Assembly (NCBI GenBank): GCA_026390935.1
Contig: JAPLEZ010000153.1
Coordinates: 73,984-137,983 of the forward strand
DNA length: 64,000 nt
DNA from: Bacteroidota bacterium
GTDB lineage: Bacteria; Bacteroidota; Bacteroidia; Flavobacteriales_C; GCA-002722245
Direction of reading: 5' to 3'
A model generated the notes under the pieces. The model made no database searches. It worked only from the letters and a program-made list of their open reading frames with translations, and was not told the origin of the DNA. The position numbers and the translations under genes are program-made. Below, one piece after another: positions 47,423-58,083 of this stretch (position 1 is its first letter; each line of letters opens with the position of its first letter).

Positions 47423-48418
47423 TCATCTGTGGGAATTTTTGCTTTCAAAAATAGCGCCCATCAAATCTTTGTAGGTAGTCCACAAGTCCGAAAAAATGCC
47501 TTTTTGGTTGTAGGGATTTTCAGTGAGTCCCACTTTTTCTACCACTGCATTTTCTTTAAAAGTGCCCATCAACCGGTCCCAAATGGTTAAGAAGTTGGAG
47601 AAATTGTAATTGTAGTGTGCAGCATCTACTGAGTGATGAATGCGGTGCGCCATTGGAGAAACTAAAACATATTTTCCAAACCATCCCCAATCCGATTTGA
47701 TTTCGGAATGAATCAATAAATTGTGCAGCTCCGTGATGAAGTAATAAATCACATAAGATTCCAAGGGCATTCCAAAAACAATAAAGGGAATAACTTTAAA
47801 AAAGGTATTGAGTTGATCTTCTATAAAATGAACTCTGTAGTAAGTTAAGGTGCCCATTTCATTGGCTGAATGGTGAAAGCGGTGCACCATCCACCACCAT
47901 TTTACCGAATGTGCAAAACGATGGATCCAGTATGCAATTAATTCGCTGTACAAAGCCACAACAATAAATTGCAGCCAAGGCCAATGAATGTAGCTTCCAA
48001 AATTCATTTGTAAAGAATCTCCTACTATACCAAAAGCTAAATAAGCGATTCCAAAGGTGAGTACTACGGATAAAAATTTAAAGGAATTGGTGATTGCTAG
48101 AGCAAAGAAGAATAGATCAGTTTTCAGTGATTTATTTTTGAGGTGCAACAATTTTTTTAGCGAACAATTTTCCCAACCCACCCAAATGGTTTCAATGGTG
48201 AGGGCTGCAGCCACAATATAAATATCAGTGAAAAGATGTTTCCAGTTGAAATTCAATAAGGCAAGCACATTTGAAATTCGCTTTGAAATAAAGGCTCGCA
48301 AGCTTTCGGGGTCATTCCACGCAATTACAAGTTGTTCCCAAAAATGATAGACAAAAATTGCCAAGGCAATCCCGATGATCCAAATCCATCGGGGAATATT
48401 TTTTTTAGGTTCAGGCAC
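47423..48418 (-). CDS. Sterol desaturase/fatty acid hydroxylase family protein
   Basis: His boxes YWIHRFAH, HRFHHS, LIHS and HRIHH; TIWDRLMGT. Confidence 0.92.
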   Translation of the reverse strand: MPEPKKNIPRWIWIIGIALAIFVYHFWEQLVIAWNDPESLRAFISKRISNVLALLNFNWKHLFTDIYIVAAALTIETIWVGWENCSLKKLLHLKNKSLKTDLFFFALAITNSFKFLSVVLTFGIAYLAFGIVGDSLQMNFGSYIHWPWLQFIVVALYSELIAYWIHRFAHSVKWWWMVHRFHHSANEMGTLTYYRVHFIEDQLNTFFKVIPFIVFGMPLESYVIYYFITELHNLLIHSEIKSDWGWFGKYVLVSPMAHRIHHSVDAAHYNYNFSNFLTIWDRLMGTFKENAVVEKVGLTENPYNQKGIFSDLWTTYKDLMGAIFESKNSHR

Positions 48419-48420
48419 TT

Positions 48421-49092
48421 TTAGTCTTTATTGCTTAACAAGGCTTCAGCAAAAAGTAAATCGGAAGGATAAGTAATTTTAATGTTGTGTTCGTCGCCCT
48501 TCACCAAATTTATTTTACCACCTAAAAATTCAAAAACAGAGGCATCATCGGTAAATTGAGGTTCTTCTTCTGCGAAGTATCCTTTTTTAATTTTCGACCA
48601 CCAGAAGCATTGTGGCGTTTGAATCAATACAAATTGTTCACGTGGAACTGCTTTGTTTTTGCCGTTTTCTACTTTGCGTAAAGAGTCTTTGCAAGGAGTA
48701 TAGGGAATGGCATTTCCGTTTTTTTCGGCGGCAGAAAATATTTGCTTTATATTTTTTTCAGTGATGAGCGGTCGCACTGCATCGTGGATTCCAACAACAC
48801 ATTCTTCGGTGATGAGCGACATTCCGTTTTTCACCGATTCAAATCGCGATTTTCCTCCGGCAACAATTTGGTGGGGAAGAGTGAAATGGTATTTTCTTTT
48901 CAGTTCCTCCCAGTATATCACTTGTCGTTTGGGCAAAACCACAATAATTTTCATGTGGTGGAAGGCCTCATGAAATTTTTCAATGGTGTGAAATAAAATT
49001 GGTTTCCCATTCAGTTTTAAAAACTGTTTAGGAATATCGCTTCCCAAGCGGGAGCCACTTCCTCCGGCAACAATAATTACGGCTTTTTGCAT
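48421..49092 (-). CDS. ispD: 2-C-methyl-D-erythritol 4-phosphate cytidylyltransferase
   Basis: AGGSGSR, PKQF, IHDAVRP, QTPQ and NIKITYP motifs. Confidence 0.95.
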   Translation of the reverse strand: MQKAVIIVAGGSGSRLGSDIPKQFLKLNGKPILFHTIEKFHEAFHHMKIIVVLPKRQVIYWEELKRKYHFTLPHQIVAGGKSRFESVKNGMSLITEECVVGIHDAVRPLITEKNIKQIFSAAEKNGNAIPYTPCKDSLRKVENGKNKAVPREQFVLIQTPQCFWWSKIKKGYFAEEEPQFTDDASVFEFLGGKINLVKGDEHNIKITYPSDLLFAEALLSNKD

Positions 49093-49107
49093 ACAGCGAT
49101 TAAGGTA

Positions 49108-49143
49108 TAAAAAAAGGTCTAAAGTTTTAAGCTTTAGACCTTT
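49108..49143 (-). terminator. Rho-independent terminator after queA
   Basis: aaaggtctaaag / ctttagaccttt arms with an A run on the + strand (U run on -). Confidence 0.8.
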
Positions 49144-49162
49144 AAATTTAAATATTTCTACA

Positions 49163-50212
49163 TTACAGAATTAGCATTGCGTCACCGTAAGAATAGAATT
49201 TGTATTTGTCTTTGATGGCTTTTTTGTAAGCTTCGTTGATCAAATCATAACCTCCAAAAGCTGATACCATCATCAATAACGTTGATTCAGGCATGTGGAA
49301 ATTGGTGATCATACAGTTGGCAACACTGAAATCGTAAGGAGGAAAAATAAATTTATTGGTCCATCCGTCGTAAGGCTTCAATAATCCATCAGTAGATACT
49401 GATGTTTCAATGGCTCTCATGGTTGTTGTTCCAACAGCACAGATTTTTTTTCTATCTGCTTTTCCTTTATTCACGATATCAGCAGCTTTTTGTGGGATGA
49501 TCACTTTCTCCGAATCCATTTTGTGTTTCGTTAAGTCTTCCACTTCTACAGAACGGAATGAACCTAAGCCAACATGTAAAGTCAATTCAGCGAAGTTCAC
49601 GCCTTTCAATTCCAAACGTTTCAATAAGTCTTTACTAAAGTGCAAGCCAGCAGTAGGAGCGGCAACCGCGCCTTCGTTTTTCGCGAAAATAGTTTGGTAG
49701 CGCTCTTCGTCAGCAGCTTCTACTTTACGAGTGATGTATTTCGGAAGTGGAGTTTCTCCTAAATCTCTAAGGATTTTTCTGAATTCTTCATACGGACCGT
49801 CGTGTAAGAAACGCAAAGTTCTTCCACGGGAAGTAGTATTGTCGATTACTTCTGCAACGAAATCATCGTTTTCACCGAAGTACAATTTATTGCCAATTCT
49901 AATTTTTCTTGCTGGATCCACTAAAACATCCCAAAGCAGGGATTCGCGGTCCAATTCTCTCAACAAAAACACTTCAATTTTAGCGCCTGTTTTTTCTTTG
50001 TTACCATACATTCTTGCTGGAAATACTTTGGTATCATTCAAAACCATTACATCACCATCATCGAAATACGAGAGAACATCTTTAAATTTTTTGTTTTCAA
50101 TTTTACCGGTTGCGCGGTTCACTACCATGAGTTTACATTCGTCTCTTACAGTTGACGGATGCATGGCCAATAATTCTTTTGGAAAGGAAAATTTGAACTG
50201 GGATAATTTCAT
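49163..50212 (-). CDS. queA: SAM:tRNA ribosyltransferase-isomerase QueA
   Basis: [36 protein letters not shown] and YSYGDAMLI; ATG 50212 (MKLSQF). Confidence 0.97.
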   Translation of the reverse strand: MKLSQFKFSFPKELLAMHPSTVRDECKLMVVNRATGKIENKKFKDVLSYFDDGDVMVLNDTKVFPARMYGNKEKTGAKIEVFLLRELDRESLLWDVLVDPARKIRIGNKLYFGENDDFVAEVIDNTTSRGRTLRFLHDGPYEEFRKILRDLGETPLPKYITRKVEAADEERYQTIFAKNEGAVAAPTAGLHFSKDLLKRLELKGVNFAELTLHVGLGSFRSVEVEDLTKHKMDSEKVIIPQKAADIVNKGKADRKKICAVGTTTMRAIETSVSTDGLLKPYDGWTNKFIFPPYDFSVANCMITNFHMPESTLLMMVSAFGGYDLINEAYKKAIKDKYKFYSYGDAMLIL

Positions 50213-50385
50213 ACTTTTTTGTCTGTTTGTCCGTAAGGAAATATGAATTAGGAGTCTGCGGACCGGCTCATTTTCACAAATCTTACGGGATTTATGATTA
50301 AAATAAATAATGACGAGGCACAAATGTAATACAAGAAGGAGGCGAAATCAATAGCTGGGGAAAATAAATGTTGTTAGCTATTTGT

Positions 50386-50539
50386 AAAATCCCTCTTGCC
50401 AACACACAATTCCCTCACACTCTCCCTTTTACAAAGGGAGAAGCCCGTACTCATCTGTTTTCACGAAGTGCTAGCTAACTAACTTCCTCCTTTGGAAAAG
50501 GAGGAGTGTGAGGGAATTGCGCGTTTGGAAGGAGGATTT
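50386..50539. repeat. Inverted doublet of a ~60-bp REP-like unit (CTCCCTT..AAGGGAG core)
   Basis: 50386-50446 and an inverted, diverged copy at 50483-50539; third copy at 60519-60581. Confidence 0.85.
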
Positions 50540-51278
50540 ATTGGAAAGAATTCACAAACTCTTCAATCGTCATAGCATCAGCCAACTTGAAATTCCCAAT
50601 GCGTGTTCTGCACAAAGCGCTCAAATGAGCGCCACTATTAAGCTCTTCGCCAAAATCACGAGCTAAAGATCGAATGTACGTTCCTTTGCTGCACACAATG
50701 CGGAAATCCACTTCGGGCAATGAAATGCGCGTGATTTCAAATTCGGAGATGGTAATTTCTTTGGCCTTTATTTCGGCGGTTTTTCCGGCACGCGCTATTT
50801 TATAAGCTCTTCTGCCGTTGATGCGAATGGCAGAAAATATAGGTGGAACTTGCTCAAAGGTGCCAGTAAATTTTTTGGCAGTTTCCTGTATCATTTCTTT
50901 GGTGATGTGATCAGTCGGATAGTATTGATCAATTTCTTTTTCCAGGTCGTAGCAGGGAGTGGTAGCGCCCAACACAAAGGTTCCGGTGTATTCTTTTTCT
51001 TCGGCCTGGTATTTATCAATGTTCTTGGTTTCTTTTCCTGTGCATATGATGAGCAAGCCGGTGGCTAAGGGATCCAAGGTGCCCGCGTGACCAACTTTCA
51101 ATTTAAACTTTTCTTTTTTTTGGGTAGAAATAACTCCGGGAGTGTGATTGATGTAGGTTTCCGGACTCAGATATTGCTTCACCGTAAATTTAACCTTGTA
51201 CACCGCGTTGAAGGAAGTCCAGTGTAGCGGTTTATTGATGAGGACAACTTTTCCTGTGAGATAGTCTGACTGGCTCAT
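50538..51278 (-). CDS. truB: tRNA pseudouridine(55) synthase
   Basis: NKP..WTSF, VGHAGTLDPLATG, PP.FSAI and CSKGTYIRSL. Confidence 0.97.
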   Translation of the reverse strand: MSQSDYLTGKVVLINKPLHWTSFNAVYKVKFTVKQYLSPETYINHTPGVISTQKKEKFKLKVGHAGTLDPLATGLLIICTGKETKNIDKYQAEEKEYTGTFVLGATTPCYDLEKEIDQYYPTDHITKEMIQETAKKFTGTFEQVPPIFSAIRINGRRAYKIARAGKTAEIKAKEITISEFEITRISLPEVDFRIVCSKGTYIRSLARDFGEELNSGAHLSALCRTRIGNFKLADAMTIEEFVNSFQ

Positions 51279-52069
51279 TATACAATATTCAACTCAATAC
51301 CAGCGAGGTAAAGTATGATGATCAGGGCACCCATGATAATTCTATAGTACCCAAATGCTTTGAAGCCATGTTTGCTCAAATAGCCAATGAAAGTTTTGAT
51401 GGCCAGCATGGCTACAACGAATGCCACTAAATTACCAATTATCAACAAATTGATTTGGTGTGAATCCAGAGCAACACCTTCTTGGTAAAAGTCGAGAGTT
51501 TTTTTAGCCGTAGCAGCAAACATAGTAGGTACAGCCAGGAAGAATGAAAATTCTGCTGCAGCTTTTCTGGTAAGGTTTTGCGATAAACCACCGATGATGG
51601 TGGCAGCTGAGCGGGAAACTCCAGGGATCATTGCTATGACCTGGAAAAATCCAATTTTTAATGCCGAAGGATAGCTTGGTGCAGCATCGCTTTTTCCTTG
51701 ATCGTTGAATAATTTATCCAGCATTAAAAACACTATTCCTCCAAGAAAAAGCGTAATTCCAACTACCAATACATTTTCCAGGAGTGCGTCAATAAAATCG
51801 TTGAACAGAACACCAAATACAGCAGCAGGAATAAAGGCTATAAAGAGTTTGAAATAAAATTCCTTTGTTTGAAAGAATCTTTTCCAATACAAAACCACTA
51901 CTGATAAAATGGCTCCGAATTGAATGGCGATGGTGAACAATTTAGTGAATGATTCATGTGCAATTCCCATGGCTGATGAGGTGATAATCATGTGGCCAGT
52001 AGAAGAAATGGGAAGAAATTCAGTGATACCTTCTACGATAGCAATGATGATGGCTTCAAAAAATGTCAT
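51278..52069 (-). CDS. uppP: Undecaprenyl-diphosphate phosphatase
   Basis: [20 protein letters not shown] and EFSFFLA. Confidence 0.97.
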   Translation of the reverse strand: MTFFEAIIIAIVEGITEFLPISSTGHMIITSSAMGIAHESFTKLFTIAIQFGAILSVVVLYWKRFFQTKEFYFKLFIAFIPAAVFGVLFNDFIDALLENVLVVGITLFLGGIVFLMLDKLFNDQGKSDAAPSYPSALKIGFFQVIAMIPGVSRSAATIIGGLSQNLTRKAAAEFSFFLAVPTMFAATAKKTLDFYQEGVALDSHQINLLIIGNLVAFVVAMLAIKTFIGYLSKHGFKAFGYYRIIMGALIIILYLAGIELNIV

Positions 52070-52072
52070 GAT

Positions 52073-52306
52073 CTATTCAGGTTTTTTTAAAACTCCAAAA
52101 AGAACAATTCCCAATCCTATTAATACCGTGATTGGTCCGCCGGTAATTCTTCGTGCGCTGAATAACTCGTCGGGATTGAACTGGTTGGGATCTTCAGTTC
52201 CACCGCCTGAAAGCATAATAAAACCAATCGCCATCACTACTACACCCGCAATAATGAGGAGGTAGTTTTTCTTGCCAAATTCAAAAGCTTCTTCTTTCTT
52301 TTCCAT
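52073..52306 (-). CDS. DUF3098-like small membrane protein
   Basis: FGKKNY, GFIMLSGG and FS.RRI motifs; lies between ftsX and uppP. Confidence 0.88.
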   Translation of the reverse strand: MEKKEEAFEFGKKNYLLIIAGVVVMAIGFIMLSGGGTEDPNQFNPDELFSARRITGGPITVLIGLGIVLFGVLKKPE

Positions 52307-52308
52307 GT

Positions 52309-53193
52309 TTAATAATATAGTTCGTCAGTTTTTAGTCGAAGGAATTTATTTACCGCAATAATTGTCGACAAGCCCGTGATGAGTATTCCTAATCCCATCA
52401 GTCCGGCGTACAACATTAAGTTCAATTCGGTGTTTTGTATTTCTGCAAAATCAGGTTGGTGATCAATTAAAAACGACAGGAAGCCCATTAGCATAATGAT
52501 GGCCAATAAGGCGCCAATAATACCTTGCAGCAAAGCACTGAATATAAATGGTTTTCGGATGAAGGACCATTTTGCACCAATGAGCTGCATGGTTCTAATA
52601 AGAAATCTTTGAGAGTAAACTTTTAATCGAAGCGTATTGTTGATTAAAACGATGGCGATAAACAGCAATACTGAGCTTACGCCCAAGAGCCATGGCTTTG
52701 CTTTTTCAACGTTTTCGTGAATTTTCATCAAATTACCACCATCGTATTTCACATCGGAAACAACAGCGTTTTTCAAAAGTTCAGTTTCTAGTTTTTTGAG
52801 GGAATCAGGATGGGTATATTCAGCCTTCATCTTAATGACGATAGAGGCTTCCAGCACCTGCTCATCACCAACAATGTCATCAAATTGTTCTTCTGGGTCG
52901 AGTTCTTCGGCCAGAATTTTTTTTGCCGAATCTTCATCGATGTAATTGGTGCTGATGACGAAATCCTTCGCTTCCATCATTTTTTTAAATTGCATGAGGT
53001 CAGCTTTCTTTGCGTCGTCTTTCAAGTAAATATTGCATTCAAAGTTCTCTTTCACCTTGTCGGAAATCGACTTAACATTGATAATCATCAGTCCCAGCAG
53101 GCCAATCACAAATAAAACCAGTGAAATACTGATGACGGTAGAGATGTACGATATCCTCGTGCGCCAAACGTTTATGTTACTTTTCCATTCCAT
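52309..53193 (-). CDS. ftsX: Cell division permease FtsX
   Basis: SISLVLF, INNTLRL.VYS.RF.I.TMQLIGA and FIRKPF. Confidence 0.93.
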   Translation of the reverse strand: MEWKSNINVWRTRISYISTVISISLVLFVIGLLGLMIINVKSISDKVKENFECNIYLKDDAKKADLMQFKKMMEAKDFVISTNYIDEDSAKKILAEELDPEEQFDDIVGDEQVLEASIVIKMKAEYTHPDSLKKLETELLKNAVVSDVKYDGGNLMKIHENVEKAKPWLLGVSSVLLFIAIVLINNTLRLKVYSQRFLIRTMQLIGAKWSFIRKPFIFSALLQGIIGALLAIIMLMGFLSFLIDHQPDFAEIQNTELNLMLYAGLMGLGILITGLSTIIAVNKFLRLKTDELYY

Positions 53194-53315
53194 TCAGCGG
53201 CTAAAATAATAGTTTTTGGTTGATAGTTCACAGCTAACAGATTTTTTCTGTTAACTGTTAACTGTGAACTCTCTACTTTTCTCTATTTTCGCAACATACA
53301 TTAAAAGATAAGTCA

Positions 53316-56033
53316 GTGGAATATAATTTCAGAGAGGTAGAAGCCAAATGGAGAGCTAAATGGGCTGTCGATAAAACATTTAAAACAGGAGTTGAAGCAG
53401 GTAAACCTAAAAGTTATGTGCTCGATATGTTTCCTTATCCTTCGGGAGCGGGCTTGCACGTTGGACATCCGCTGGGCTACATCGCAAGTGATATTTACGC
53501 TCGTTACAAACGACTAAAGGGATTTAATGTTTTGCACCCAATGGGCTACGATTCCTTCGGTTTGCCTGCCGAGCAATATGCCATTCAAACCGGCCAACAT
53601 CCTGCCATCACTACAAAAGAAAACATTGATCGTTATAGAGATCAACTGGATAAAATTGGATTTTCCTTCGATTGGGACCGTGAGGTGCGCACCAGTGATC
53701 CTTCGTATTATAAATGGACGCAGTGGATTTTCATTCAGTTGTTCAATTCCTGGTACAACCCTGTAACCAAGAAAGCCGAAAAGATAGAAACGCTGATCGT
53801 TCAAATTGAAATGGAAGGAAAATACCAATGGGAAACTCTTTCTGAAAAAGAAAAATCGGATCTTTTATTGGAGCATCGTTTGGCTTATCTATCTGAAACG
53901 ATGGTGAACTGGTGTCCTACGTTAGGTACAGTGCTCGCCAACGATGAGGTGAAAGATGGCGTTTCCGAGCGAGGCGGATATCCTGTTGAGCGAAAAAAAA
54001 TGCTGCAATGGAGTTTGCGCATCACGGCTTATGCGGAAAGATTGCTGAATGATCTGGAAGGAATAGACTGGACTGAAAGTATTAAAGAAGCACAACGCAA
54101 CTGGATAGGAAAATCTACTGGTTGCTCTCTGCAATTCAAAATTCAAAATTCAGAATTCAACATTGAAGTCTTCACCACTCGTCCTGATACCATATTTGGC
54201 GTGTCGTTCATGGTGATTGCGCCAGAGCATGATTATGTAGCACAACTCACTTCAGTGCATCAAAAACACGAGGTGGAAGCCTATGTTGAAAAAGCAAAAA
54301 ACCGTTCGGAGCGCGAAAGAATGGCCGATGTAAAAACTGTTACTGGTGTGTTCACTGGGTCGTATGCTGTGCATCCTTTTACCGGAAAAAATATTCCAAT
54401 TTGGATTGGTGATTATGTTTTGGCTGGTTATGGAACGGGCGCTGTAATGGCTGTTGCTGGTCATGATTCTCGCGATTATGCTTTTGCAAAAACTTTCAAT
54501 CTGCCTATTATTCCTGTGGTGGAAGGTGGAAATATTGAAGAAGAAGCCTACGAATCCAAAACAGGAAAAATGATCAATTCCGATTTCTTAAACGGATTGG
54601 AAGTGAAAGACGCAATGAAAAAAATCATTGCGGTAATTGAAGAAAAAAATCTCGGAAAAGGAAAAACCAATTATCGTTTGCGCGATGCAATTTTTGGGCG
54701 TCAACGGTATTGGGGTGAACCGATTCCTGTATATTACAAAGATGGAATTCCAGAAGTTTTGCAGGAAAGTGAATTGCCTTTGATTTTGCCATCGGTAGAT
54801 AAATATTTGCCAACTCTTGCCGGAGAGCCGCCATTAGCGCGCGCCGAAAATTGGAAGTATCATGGTAAATACGAATATGAATACAGCACCATGCCAGGAT
54901 GGGCAGGCTCATCATGGTATTTCCTGCGTTACATGGATCCCCACAACGACAAGGAATTTGTGTCGAAAGAAGCGGTAAACTACTGGCAAAATATCGACTT
55001 ATACATTGGTGGAAGTGAACACGCCACCGGACATTTATTGTATGTGCGTTTCTGGACAAAATTCCTTTTTGATTTGGGACATATTCCGGTGAATGAACCA
55101 GCGAAGAAGTTGATTAATCAGGGGATGATACAGGGTACCTCTTGCATGATTTATAGAGTTAACGGAGAAAACAAAGTTGTTTCATTTGGTTTGAAAGATC
55201 AGTATGAAACTACTGCAATTCATATTGACGTTAATATTGTTGAGAATAATGTTGTTGATGTTGAGCAATTGAAAAAGTGGAGAGATGATTTTAAAGAGAC
55301 AGCTTTTGAGCTAGAAAACGGAAAACTAATTTGTGGAACTGCGGTTGAAAAAATGAGCAAGCGTTGGTACAATGTTGTTAATCCTGATGACATCGTAGAA
55401 AAACACGGTGCCGATTGCTTGCGCTTGTACGAAATGTTCCTCGGACCATTAGAACTCTCCAAACCTTGGAACACCAATAGCATTTCCGGAACTTCTAACT
55501 TCATTCGTAAACTATGGAGATTGTTCCATGATGCCAGCGGAAACTTTGCGGTGTCCGATGAAAAACCTGTGAAAGAAGAATTCAAAGCCCTCCATAAAAT
55601 CATCAAAAAAGTTCAGGAAGACATTGAGAATTTTTCTTTCAATACCTCTGTGTCGTCCTTTATGATTGCGGTGAACGAGCTGGGAGCATTGAAATGCAAC
55701 AAGAGAGAAATTTTGTCCGACTTGGTAATTTTGATTTCTCCTTACGCACCTTTCGTTGCTGAAGAATTGTGGGAGAAACTCGGCAATACCGCTAGTATTA
55801 CCTTCGCATCTTTCCCTGTTTTTAAGGAAGAATACTTAGTGGAAAGCACTTTCAATTATCCGATTTCTTTTAATGGAAAAACCCGATTCTTTCGAGAATT
55901 CGACTTGTCCTTAACCAAGGAATTGGTGGAAAAGGAGGTCATCGGAATGGAAGATACGCAGCGCTACTTGGAAGGAAAGACGCCGAAAAAGGTGATTGTA
56001 GTAACCGGTAAGATCGTCAATATTGTAGTTTAA
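53316..56033 (+). CDS. leuS: Leucine--tRNA ligase
   Basis: MFPYPSG.GLHVGH, FTTRPDT editing domain, GTGAVMAV and KMSKR. Confidence 0.98.
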   Translation: MEYNFREVEAKWRAKWAVDKTFKTGVEAGKPKSYVLDMFPYPSGAGLHVGHPLGYIASDIYARYKRLKGFNVLHPMGYDSFGLPAEQYAIQTGQHPAITTKENIDRYRDQLDKIGFSFDWDREVRTSDPSYYKWTQWIFIQLFNSWYNPVTKKAEKIETLIVQIEMEGKYQWETLSEKEKSDLLLEHRLAYLSETMVNWCPTLGTVLANDEVKDGVSERGGYPVERKKMLQWSLRITAYAERLLNDLEGIDWTESIKEAQRNWIGKSTGCSLQFKIQNSEFNIEVFTTRPDTIFGVSFMVIAPEHDYVAQLTSVHQKHEVEAYVEKAKNRSERERMADVKTVTGVFTGSYAVHPFTGKNIPIWIGDYVLAGYGTGAVMAVAGHDSRDYAFAKTFNLPIIPVVEGGNIEEEAYESKTGKMINSDFLNGLEVKDAMKKIIAVIEEKNLGKGKTNYRLRDAIFGRQRYWGEPIPVYYKDGIPEVLQESELPLILPSVDKYLPTLAGEPPLARAENWKYHGKYEYEYSTMPGWAGSSWYFLRYMDPHNDKEFVSKEAVNYWQNIDLYIGGSEHATGHLLYVRFWTKFLFDLGHIPVNEPAKKLINQGMIQGTSCMIYRVNGENKVVSFGLKDQYETTAIHIDVNIVENNVVDVEQLKKWRDDFKETAFELENGKLICGTAVEKMSKRWYNVVNPDDIVEKHGADCLRLYEMFLGPLELSKPWNTNSISGTSNFIRKLWRLFHDASGNFAVSDEKPVKEEFKALHKIIKKVQEDIENFSFNTSVSSFMIAVNELGALKCNKREILSDLVILISPYAPFVAEELWEKLGNTASITFASFPVFKEEYLVESTFNYPISFNGKTRFFREFDLSLTKELVEKEVIGMEDTQRYLEGKTPKKVIVVTGKIVNIVV

Positions 56034-56087
56034 TTTGTTTGTCCCGATGATGGGAAAGTAGTATATTGTATGTTTTACACTAAGTAA

Positions 56088-56570
56088 GTGCTAAAACATC
56101 TGATATACTATTTTTTCGTTTTTGGTTTTGCTTGTACTTCAGCGAAGCCGGAGTCGCTCACATTGGCACCCGCCAATCCGGAATATGTTGGGGATGGCAT
56201 TGTATTTATTTCCCTAAAATTTACAAAAGAAGGTGAATCTGTTGCTGTATCCTATGTTGAAACATTAAGAAGTAGCGGCGTGCTGAAAACTTCCAACGAG
56301 TACAAAAGAACTAGTGAATCCAAATATCTCATTCAACTGCAGGACGAAAAGGGGAGAGCTCTTGTTGATTGTTACATAGAAGATCCTTTGGCGGAGCACA
56401 AGGATGTTTTTAGTGAAGAAGGAAAAATAGAAAAGGGTATCGTTAATTACGATGAAAAAATCATCAGTCTGAGAGTGCGGAAGGTATCAAAAGAAATCGC
56501 CAAAGTTTCTGTGTACGAAGTTATTGTTTGCAATCAACCCAAACATATCATAACCCTAAATTGTAAATAA
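56088..56570 (+). CDS. Hypothetical lipoprotein coupled to the M64 peptidase gene
   Basis: Lipobox GFAC; GTG start; ends 1 nt before the next ATG. Confidence 0.7.
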   Translation: MLKHLIYYFFVFGFACTSAKPESLTLAPANPEYVGDGIVFISLKFTKEGESVAVSYVETLRSSGVLKTSNEYKRTSESKYLIQLQDEKGRALVDCYIEDPLAEHKDVFSEEGKIEKGIVNYDEKIISLRVRKVSKEIAKVSVYEVIVCNQPKHIITLNCK

Positions 56571-56571
56571 C

Positions 56572-57999
56572 ATGAAAAAAATCTACACCCTTTTAAGTTT
56601 GATACTATGTTCTGTAGCCCTGTCGGCACAGGTATTTGATGTGGACACTATTTATTGGTCGGGGCCTTCCTCCAACAGAGTGAATATTGTCATTCTCGGA
56701 GATGGATATACTTCCGGTGAACAGGCGAAATTTATTACTGATGCAACTGCAATCAGTAACGCATTTTTTACCACCTCTCCTTATTTAGAATACAAAAACT
56801 ACATCAATGTGCTGGCCATCAAAGTGATTTCCAATCAGAGTGGTGCCGGCCATGCAAAAAATTCTTCCGATAATGCCTGTGGTTCTCAACCTGCAGCAAC
56901 GGTAGACAATTACTTCGGTTCTGCTTTCGATTGCGGAGGCGGATCTTACCACCGCTTGCTTTGTGCAGGAAAATCTTATAAAGTACCAGGGGTGATGGCG
57001 GCCAACTGGCCGGATTACGATCAGGTGCTGCTTGTCGCTAATTCTACTTATTATGGTGGAGCAGGTGGAACTTATGCGGTTACTTCCGTGAATGGTTCTG
57101 CCACTGAAATTGCCATTCATGAAGTTGGTCATTCTTTCGCTTATTTGGCCGATGAATATTGGGCAGGTAGTCAGTATGCCACTAATGCAAAACCCAATAT
57201 GACCAATGTTGCCGATGTTAATTCGGTTAAATGGAAACCTTGGGTTGGTCATGTTGGATTGATGAATGTTGGATTGTATTCACACAGTGGTGATGCATCC
57301 TGGAAAAAACCAGTGAACGGCCAATGCAAAATGGAGTACTTGGGAACAAATTATCCTTTTTGTCCGGTTTGCGCTGAGGCACATACCATGAAATTTCTTG
57401 ATTTAACAAAACCATACGACGCGTATACTCCTTCAAATGCTGCAACTATTGATGGTTCAAACGATATCATATTTGGTATTAGCACTTTGTTGCCTATTCC
57501 AAATACGCTGGAAATTCAATGGACAGTAAATGGTAACGTAGTAAGCACGGGGATTTCAAAAACCTATACCGCATTGGTTTCTGCGTTAATTGATGGTGAC
57601 AATACCGTTCAGGCCCGATTGCTTGATAAAACAACCTTAATCAGAAGTGCTTCTCATGTTACTGCACATTCCTTTTTAATCAATTGGACGGTGAATAAGT
57701 CGGCTACTACAGGCATAAGCACCACGGCTACTACTGATGATTTTAAATACACTTTATATCCCAATCCTACCAGTAATGAAACGAATCTATTGTATCATTT
57801 AAATGCTGCAGGGGCTGTCAGCATTACTTTGTATGATCTTTATGGAAAAGCTATTCCGGTGCTCAATGAGCAGCAGAAAATGGGCGATCATCAATTGAAT
57901 GTGAATGCTTCAAGGTTGGGCTTGAGTTCGGGCGTGTATCTTGTTTCTTTTGTGAAAGACGGGATTGAGCTCAGCACCGAAAGAATAATTGTTGAATAA
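56572..57999 (+). CDS. Peptidase M64 (IgA-peptidase-like) with T9SS type-A CTD
   Basis: ILGDGYT, YGGAGG, HEVGH...LADEY, C.M and FCPVC; LYPNPT CTD. Confidence 0.92.
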   Translation: MKKIYTLLSLILCSVALSAQVFDVDTIYWSGPSSNRVNIVILGDGYTSGEQAKFITDATAISNAFFTTSPYLEYKNYINVLAIKVISNQSGAGHAKNSSDNACGSQPAATVDNYFGSAFDCGGGSYHRLLCAGKSYKVPGVMAANWPDYDQVLLVANSTYYGGAGGTYAVTSVNGSATEIAIHEVGHSFAYLADEYWAGSQYATNAKPNMTNVADVNSVKWKPWVGHVGLMNVGLYSHSGDASWKKPVNGQCKMEYLGTNYPFCPVCAEAHTMKFLDLTKPYDAYTPSNAATIDGSNDIIFGISTLLPIPNTLEIQWTVNGNVVSTGISKTYTALVSALIDGDNTVQARLLDKTTLIRSASHVTAHSFLINWTVNKSATTGISTTATTDDFKYTLYPNPTSNETNLLYHLNAAGAVSITLYDLYGKAIPVLNEQQKMGDHQLNVNASRLGLSSGVYLVSFVKDGIELSTERIIVE

Positions 58000-58083
58000 G
58001 TTATCGAAATTAAAGCAACTTTAACGCCCTCTCTTCGTTTTTAATGTGGAACGGTTTTTGTTTTCACATTAAAAACGAAGCTT

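Noticed and set aside
49410-50246. Antisense ORFs over queA, and similar shadow ORFs over mreB, gcdH, ppiD, dnaG, leuS and the M64 gene
   Set aside because: They lie within well-supported genes on the opposite strand or frame and have no recognisable motifs.
50213-50323. N-terminal extension of QueA in the ORF track
   Set aside because: It overlaps the predicted promoter and leader; the family-typical start is MKLSQF at 50212.
55349-55365. KMSKR instead of KMSKS in LeuRS
   Set aside because: The catalytic second Lys is retained; this is a minor variant with no evidence of altered function.
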